This document shows, one piece after another, positions 60,554 to 64,000 of a DNA stretch of 64,000 bases. The stretch covers positions 480,461-544,460 of the forward strand of contig OW818641.1 in NCBI GenBank assembly GCA_942492925.1, given 5' to 3'. The notes under the pieces were generated by a model that searched no databases, was not told the DNA's origin, and worked only from the letters and a program-made list of their open reading frames with translations. Position 1 is the stretch's first letter; every line of letters starts with the position of its first letter. The translations under genes and the position numbers were made by a program. Source of the stretch: an uncultured beta proteobacterium (lineage in GTDB: Bacteria > Pseudomonadota > Gammaproteobacteria > Burkholderiales > Burkholderiaceae_D).

Positions 60554-60970
60554 TCAATCCGGCAATTTTGCGAACACCATGCGCAGACGGTTCTGATCGT
60601 TCGTGCGCGTGTAACTGACGTTGCTCGTCAACGTGCGAATCAGATACAGCCCCAGGCCGCCGACCGGACGTTCTTCGATGCCTAGGGTAGTGTCGGGATC
60701 GGGCAGGGAGAGCACATCGAAGGGTTTGCCGCGATCGGCAATTTCCAGGACGAAAGCGTCGTTGTTGATGGCGCAAATGATTTCGATGTCGCCTTCGCCG
60801 TGGGCATAAGCATGATGGCAAATATTGACGAAGGCTTCTTCAAGTGCGAGCAAAACGCCGAATTGGGCAGATGTGGGCGCATGGAAACGATCAAGACACG
60901 CCGTCACGAAGGCATTCGCATCGGGCAGCTGCTCGATGCGTGAGGTGAAGTGTTGCGTTTCGGCGCGCAT
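60554..60970 (-). CDS. Anti-sigma-factor-type serine kinase (RsbW/SpoIIAB-like GHKL ATPase)
   Basis: 138 aa with N-box LALEEAFVNICHHA, G1 IADRGKPFD and G2 GGLGLYLI. Its start is 5 nt after the STAS gene stop. Confidence 0.88.
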   Translation of the reverse strand: MRAETQHFTSRIEQLPDANAFVTACLDRFHAPTSAQFGVLLALEEAFVNICHHAYAHGEGDIEIICAINNDAFVLEIADRGKPFDVLSLPDPDTTLGIEERPVGGLGLYLIRTLTSNVSYTRTNDQNRLRMVFAKLPD

Positions 60971-60975
60971 GCGGG

Positions 60976-61311
60976 TCAGGCCAGGGCAGCGACGGCGGCC
61001 GCGACCGAGTCGTGCATCTTGAAAATGGACTGGAAGCCGGAGATGGCAAACACTTCCTTGACCGGCCCTTTCACGTTGGCAAAACAGACATCGCCTGACC
61101 TGGCTTTGACGAGTTTGGCCGTGACAAGCAAACCGCGTAACCCGGCGCTGCTGATGTAGCCGAGTCCGTCAAAATCGATCACGATGCGGGTATCGCCGCC
61201 GTTGATGAGTTGCGTGACTTTGCTTTCGTATTCCGATGCCGTGACGGCATCAAGTCGGCCCGTGAGTGTGACGATTGAAACATTACCCTCTTTTTTTGTG
61301 TGAAACTCCAT
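60976..61311 (-). CDS. STAS-domain anti-sigma-factor antagonist
   Basis: 111 aa with ...VSIVTLTGRLDA... and ...VIDFDGLGYISSAGLRGLL..., which places the conserved phosphorylatable Ser in its usual context. Confidence 0.9.
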   Translation of the reverse strand: MEFHTKKEGNVSIVTLTGRLDAVTASEYESKVTQLINGGDTRIVIDFDGLGYISSAGLRGLLVTAKLVKARSGDVCFANVKGPVKEVFAISGFQSIFKMHDSVAAAVAALA

Positions 61312-61348
61312 ACGGTTCTCCAGAAGTAGATATGTGGAATGGCTGTGC

Positions 61349-62440
61349 TCAGTTCATTTTCATCATCAGCGTCAGAACGTTTTTATCATCGATTTGCTGA
61401 AAGGCGATACTTTCCGTCATGTTCTTGATGATCATCAGCCCGAGGTCGTCCGGCATGTCCGTGTTTTCAACGGGGTTGCTGCCCGAGCCGGCGGATTCGC
61501 ACACGATTTCGATTTTTCTCGTGTTCTCGGAATAAGCGATTTTCATGTGCATGTGGGTTGTGTGCAGGTTCGGCGTGTACAGTTGCAGCACTTCTTCCAC
61601 GAGCAGTAGCAGGTGGTCGCGCACTTCTTTTGAGAGGTATTGCTTGTCGCAGAAGGCTTCGATTTCTGCATTCATCGCATACAAGTCGTAATCGGGTGAC
61701 GTGATATCGTAATTCAGGCTGCGTATCCGGTTGATGAATGCACGAGTTTTTTCGCGTTGCGGATTGTCGAAAATCTGTTCCGGCGACCCGATTTCATAAA
61801 TGATGCCTTCATCCATGTACAACACGCGATTTGAGACTTCCTTCGCCAAGGCCATTTCGTGCGTGACGATGGCCATCGTGATTCCCTCGCGGGCCAGTCG
61901 GCGGATAACCGACAGTACTTCGCTGACCATGGTTGGGTCAAGTGCCGACGTCGGTTCGTCAAACAAAATGATTTCGGGGTCCATCGCCAAGCAGCGCGCA
62001 ATGGCCACGCGCTGCTTTTGTCCGCCCGAGAGTTCATCCGGATAGTTGAACGCTTTTTCTGCCATGCCGACGAGGCGCAGCGTATCGAGTGCTTTTTTCT
62101 CCGCTTCCTCACGGGGTTTGCCGAGCAGCTTGATTTGGGCCAGCGTCAGGTTTTCCAGCGCCGTCAGATGCGCAAAGAGATTGAAAGACTGGAACACCAT
62201 GTTCGCCTTTTGGCGAACTTTTGGTAAATCAATATTTTTTTCCATGACGTTCACGCCGCCGATGTGAATGGCGCCGCCGCTGGGTTCGTCCAGCAGGTTG
62301 AGACAACGCAGGAAAGTGCTTTTCCCGGTGCCGGAAGGGCCGATGATGGAGACGACTTCGCCGCGCTGGATGTGGACGTTCACGTCCCGCAGTACCGTCA
62401 GGCTGCCGTATTTCTTCGAGAGATGTTCGACTTTGATCAT
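61349..62440 (-). CDS. Polar amino-acid ABC transporter ATP-binding protein (GlnQ/HisP type) with a ~120-aa C-terminal extension
   Basis: It has Walker A GPSGTGKST, signature LSGGQKQRVAIAR, Walker B ILFDEPTSALD and an H-loop THEM. Residues ~245-363 lie beyond the canonical ABC core and resemble a degenerate GHKL/SpoIIAB module. Its start overlaps the permease stop (ATGA). Confidence 0.9.
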   Translation of the reverse strand: MIKVEHLSKKYGSLTVLRDVNVHIQRGEVVSIIGPSGTGKSTFLRCLNLLDEPSGGAIHIGGVNVMEKNIDLPKVRQKANMVFQSFNLFAHLTALENLTLAQIKLLGKPREEAEKKALDTLRLVGMAEKAFNYPDELSGGQKQRVAIARCLAMDPEIILFDEPTSALDPTMVSEVLSVIRRLAREGITMAIVTHEMALAKEVSNRVLYMDEGIIYEIGSPEQIFDNPQREKTRAFINRIRSLNYDITSPDYDLYAMNAEIEAFCDKQYLSKEVRDHLLLLVEEVLQLYTPNLHTTHMHMKIAYSENTRKIEIVCESAGSGSNPVENTDMPDDLGLMIIKNMTESIAFQQIDDKNVLTLMMKMN

Positions 62441-64000
62441 GCTTTGCTCCGCAGCTTACGTTTGCGTTTCGGATCGGTGGCGCGTTCAAGGTATTCGAGT
62501 GACTGCGTCAGAATCCAGGCGATGAGAAAGTACAGGATCGCCACCATCACCAGCGGGAAGAAGGCATCGAAGGTGCGGCTGCGAATAATGTCGCTGGCCT
62601 TGGTCAAGTCCTGTACGGCGATGTAGCCGACGATGGAGGTCATCTTCACCAGCGAAATGAATTCGCCTTTATAGACCGGCAGAATTTGACGCACGGCCTG
62701 CGGCAGTACGATGTACACAAAGGTTTTCGTCTTGGTGAAGCCCATCGCAATGCCGGCTTCGGTTTGTCCTTTGTCCACGCCTTCAATGCCCGACCGGAAA
62801 ATTTCTGCCGCATAGGCGGCGAAGTTCATGCCGAAGGCGACCACCGCGACCAGAACCGGGTCGATGTTGATCGAGGCAAAGGCCACGTAAAAAATCAGCA
62901 TCAGCAAGACCAGCACGGGCGTGCCACGCAAGATGGAGATGTAGACCTTGGCCGGGATGTTCAGAAACGCTTTCTTCGACATGCGCATGAAACAGACCAG
63001 TGCGCCCAGTAGGGTGCCGAAGATGGAGGACAGCACGGCGATCAGGAAGGTCACAACCAGGCCATCCCAGATCAGGAGGTAGCGTTTTTCCAGAAGGATA
63101 TTGCTGTGAAAGCTGTTGCTGACACTTTGCAGGAAAGTGGGTTGCGACGGTTTTGTCTCGGCACCCGCGGCGGGGCTGACGATATTTTTCTTGAGGGCGA
63201 AGGCGTTCGTTCCCATTTCATAATACACATCGGAAAAGTCGATTTGCTTTTTGCGCTCTTCCGTGGCCATCAGCGTGCTGGTGACCATGTCGACCTTGCC
63301 GGTTGAAACGGCGGCGATCAGACTGCCGAATTCCATGTCGGCGAACTTGACGTCTTTTCCGAGAAAGGCGCCGAATCGCTGCACTAGTTCGACGTCGAAG
63401 CCGATTAACTGGTTATCCTTCATCATGGTGAAGGGCATGCCTTTGTCGCTCACAATCGCGACCGTGAGCGCCCCTTTGTTTTTGACGCCAGGCTTTGCGG
63501 ACGGCATCTCGGGCATGGTGGTGGCGCCCTTGGTGATCCAGCGCTCGACCATTTCGGCATGAACGCCGTTTTCCTTGATTTTTTTCAGGAAAGCGTTAAA
63601 TTGCTTGCGGATGCCGTCGTTTCCTTTTTTGAATCCCATCGCAATCGGCACCACGTAGAGGGAGTCGCCGACCTGTCCCAGTTCGGGTTCCGTGCGGAGG
63701 ACATCCACCAAGGTTTCGCGCGCGTACAAGCCTGCGTCGACTTTCCCCGACTTGACGGCAAGCACAATGTCCGGCGGCGATTTGTATTGCAGCACCGTCG
63801 CGTTGGGGAAAGCGCGCATGGCGTAACGGTCATGGTCGGAGCCGAGCAGCACGCCGATGCGCTTGTCCTTGATGTCGGCAGGAGACGCCAGCTTGATGCC
63901 ATCGCTTGGCCCCGAGGGCGGCACCTCGGTGGCGGATGCACCGGCTTTGTCACTGTCGCGCCTGACCAGCGCGGAGATGTCGTTCTCGACGTAGGGCAGG
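62437..64000 (-). CDS. Fused periplasmic substrate-binding domain(s) and polar amino-acid ABC permease; the 5' end lies outside the window
   Basis: The frame stays open to the window edge (LPYVENDISAL... upstream of the GTG at 63924). SBP-like segments include ...KRIGVLLGSDHD...AMGFKKGN... and ...LIGFDVELV...GKVDMV.S.L..T.ER. A His/Glu/Gln-type permease core follows (...GTPVLVLLMLIFY..., EAG.A.G). Confidence 0.85.
   Translation of the reverse strand, partial: LPYVENDISALVRRDSDKAGASATEVPPSGPSDGIKLASPADIKDKRIGVLLGSDHDRYAMRAFPNATVLQYKSPPDIVLAVKSGKVDAGLYARETLVDVLRTEPELGQVGDSLYVVPIAMGFKKGNDGIRKQFNAFLKKIKENGVHAEMVERWITKGATTMPEMPSAKPGVKNKGALTVAIVSDKGMPFTMMKDNQLIGFDVELVQRFGAFLGKDVKFADMEFGSLIAAVSTGKVDMVTSTLMATEERKKQIDFSDVYYEMGTNAFALKKNIVSPAAGAETKPSQPTFLQSVSNSFHSNILLEKRYLLIWDGLVVTFLIAVLSSIFGTLLGALVCFMRMSKKAFLNIPAKVYISILRGTPVLVLLMLIFYVAFASINIDPVLVAVVAFGMNFAAYAAEIFRSGIEGVDKGQTEAGIAMGFTKTKTFVYIVLPQAVRQILPVYKGEFISLVKMTSIVGYIAVQDLTKASDIIRSRTFDAFFPLVMVAILYFLIAWILTQSLEYLERATDPKRKRKLRSKA

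Overview
The window reads as a chromosomal segment of a betaproteobacterium. Gene content and synteny fit Burkholderiales, and the oxc/frc oxalate genes suggest Oxalobacteraceae; this placement is inference only. Most of it is densely packed housekeeping DNA. Recognisable blocks are comM; an NtrC/sigma54-type porin-glnK-amtB operon; gshA-gshB followed by a PTS-Ntr-like EIIA-ptsH-ptsI set; metX-metW-ampG; ahpC-ahpF; rplU-rpmA-obgE-proB; murJ; oxc; tRNA-Pro(CGG); ispB-glmS, a phosphoketolase gene and glmU; a Crp/Fnr regulator divergent from frc; sucCD; thiL-pgpA-pncC; and lgt. No rRNA, CRISPR array, transposase, integrase or prophage gene was seen.

The parts that deserve a second look are:
1. 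A minus-strand operon at 60257-64000 in which an amino-acid ABC importer is followed directly by a STAS antagonist and an RsbW/SpoIIAB-like kinase. The importer is a substrate-binding/permease fusion plus an ATPase whose ~120-aa tail reads like a degenerate GHKL kinase. No sigma factor or PP2C phosphatase is nearby.
2. A soluble 852-aa protein with two tandem Cache-like sensor modules fused to a CheW-like domain. It sits next to a PAS-GAF-GGDEF-EAL gene.
3. A 557-aa AAA+ ATPase with an unrecognisable ~330-aa N-terminal domain, downstream of a 4-oxalocrotonate tautomerase gene.
4. A markedly AT-rich orphan gene at 15754-16599 whose acidic residues are spaced like a PIN nuclease. It abuts one copy of a ~260-bp structured repeat.
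5. That repeat itself, present in two copies whose hairpins differ by compensatory substitutions.
6. Three TTGAC-N4-GTCAA boxes that link the orphan Crp/Fnr regulator to frc and to the distant oxc.
7. A secreted 545-aa coiled-coil ORF that runs through an intrinsic terminator and into the convergent gene.

All functional calls come from reading the translated ORFs and recognising motifs. No database search was run.
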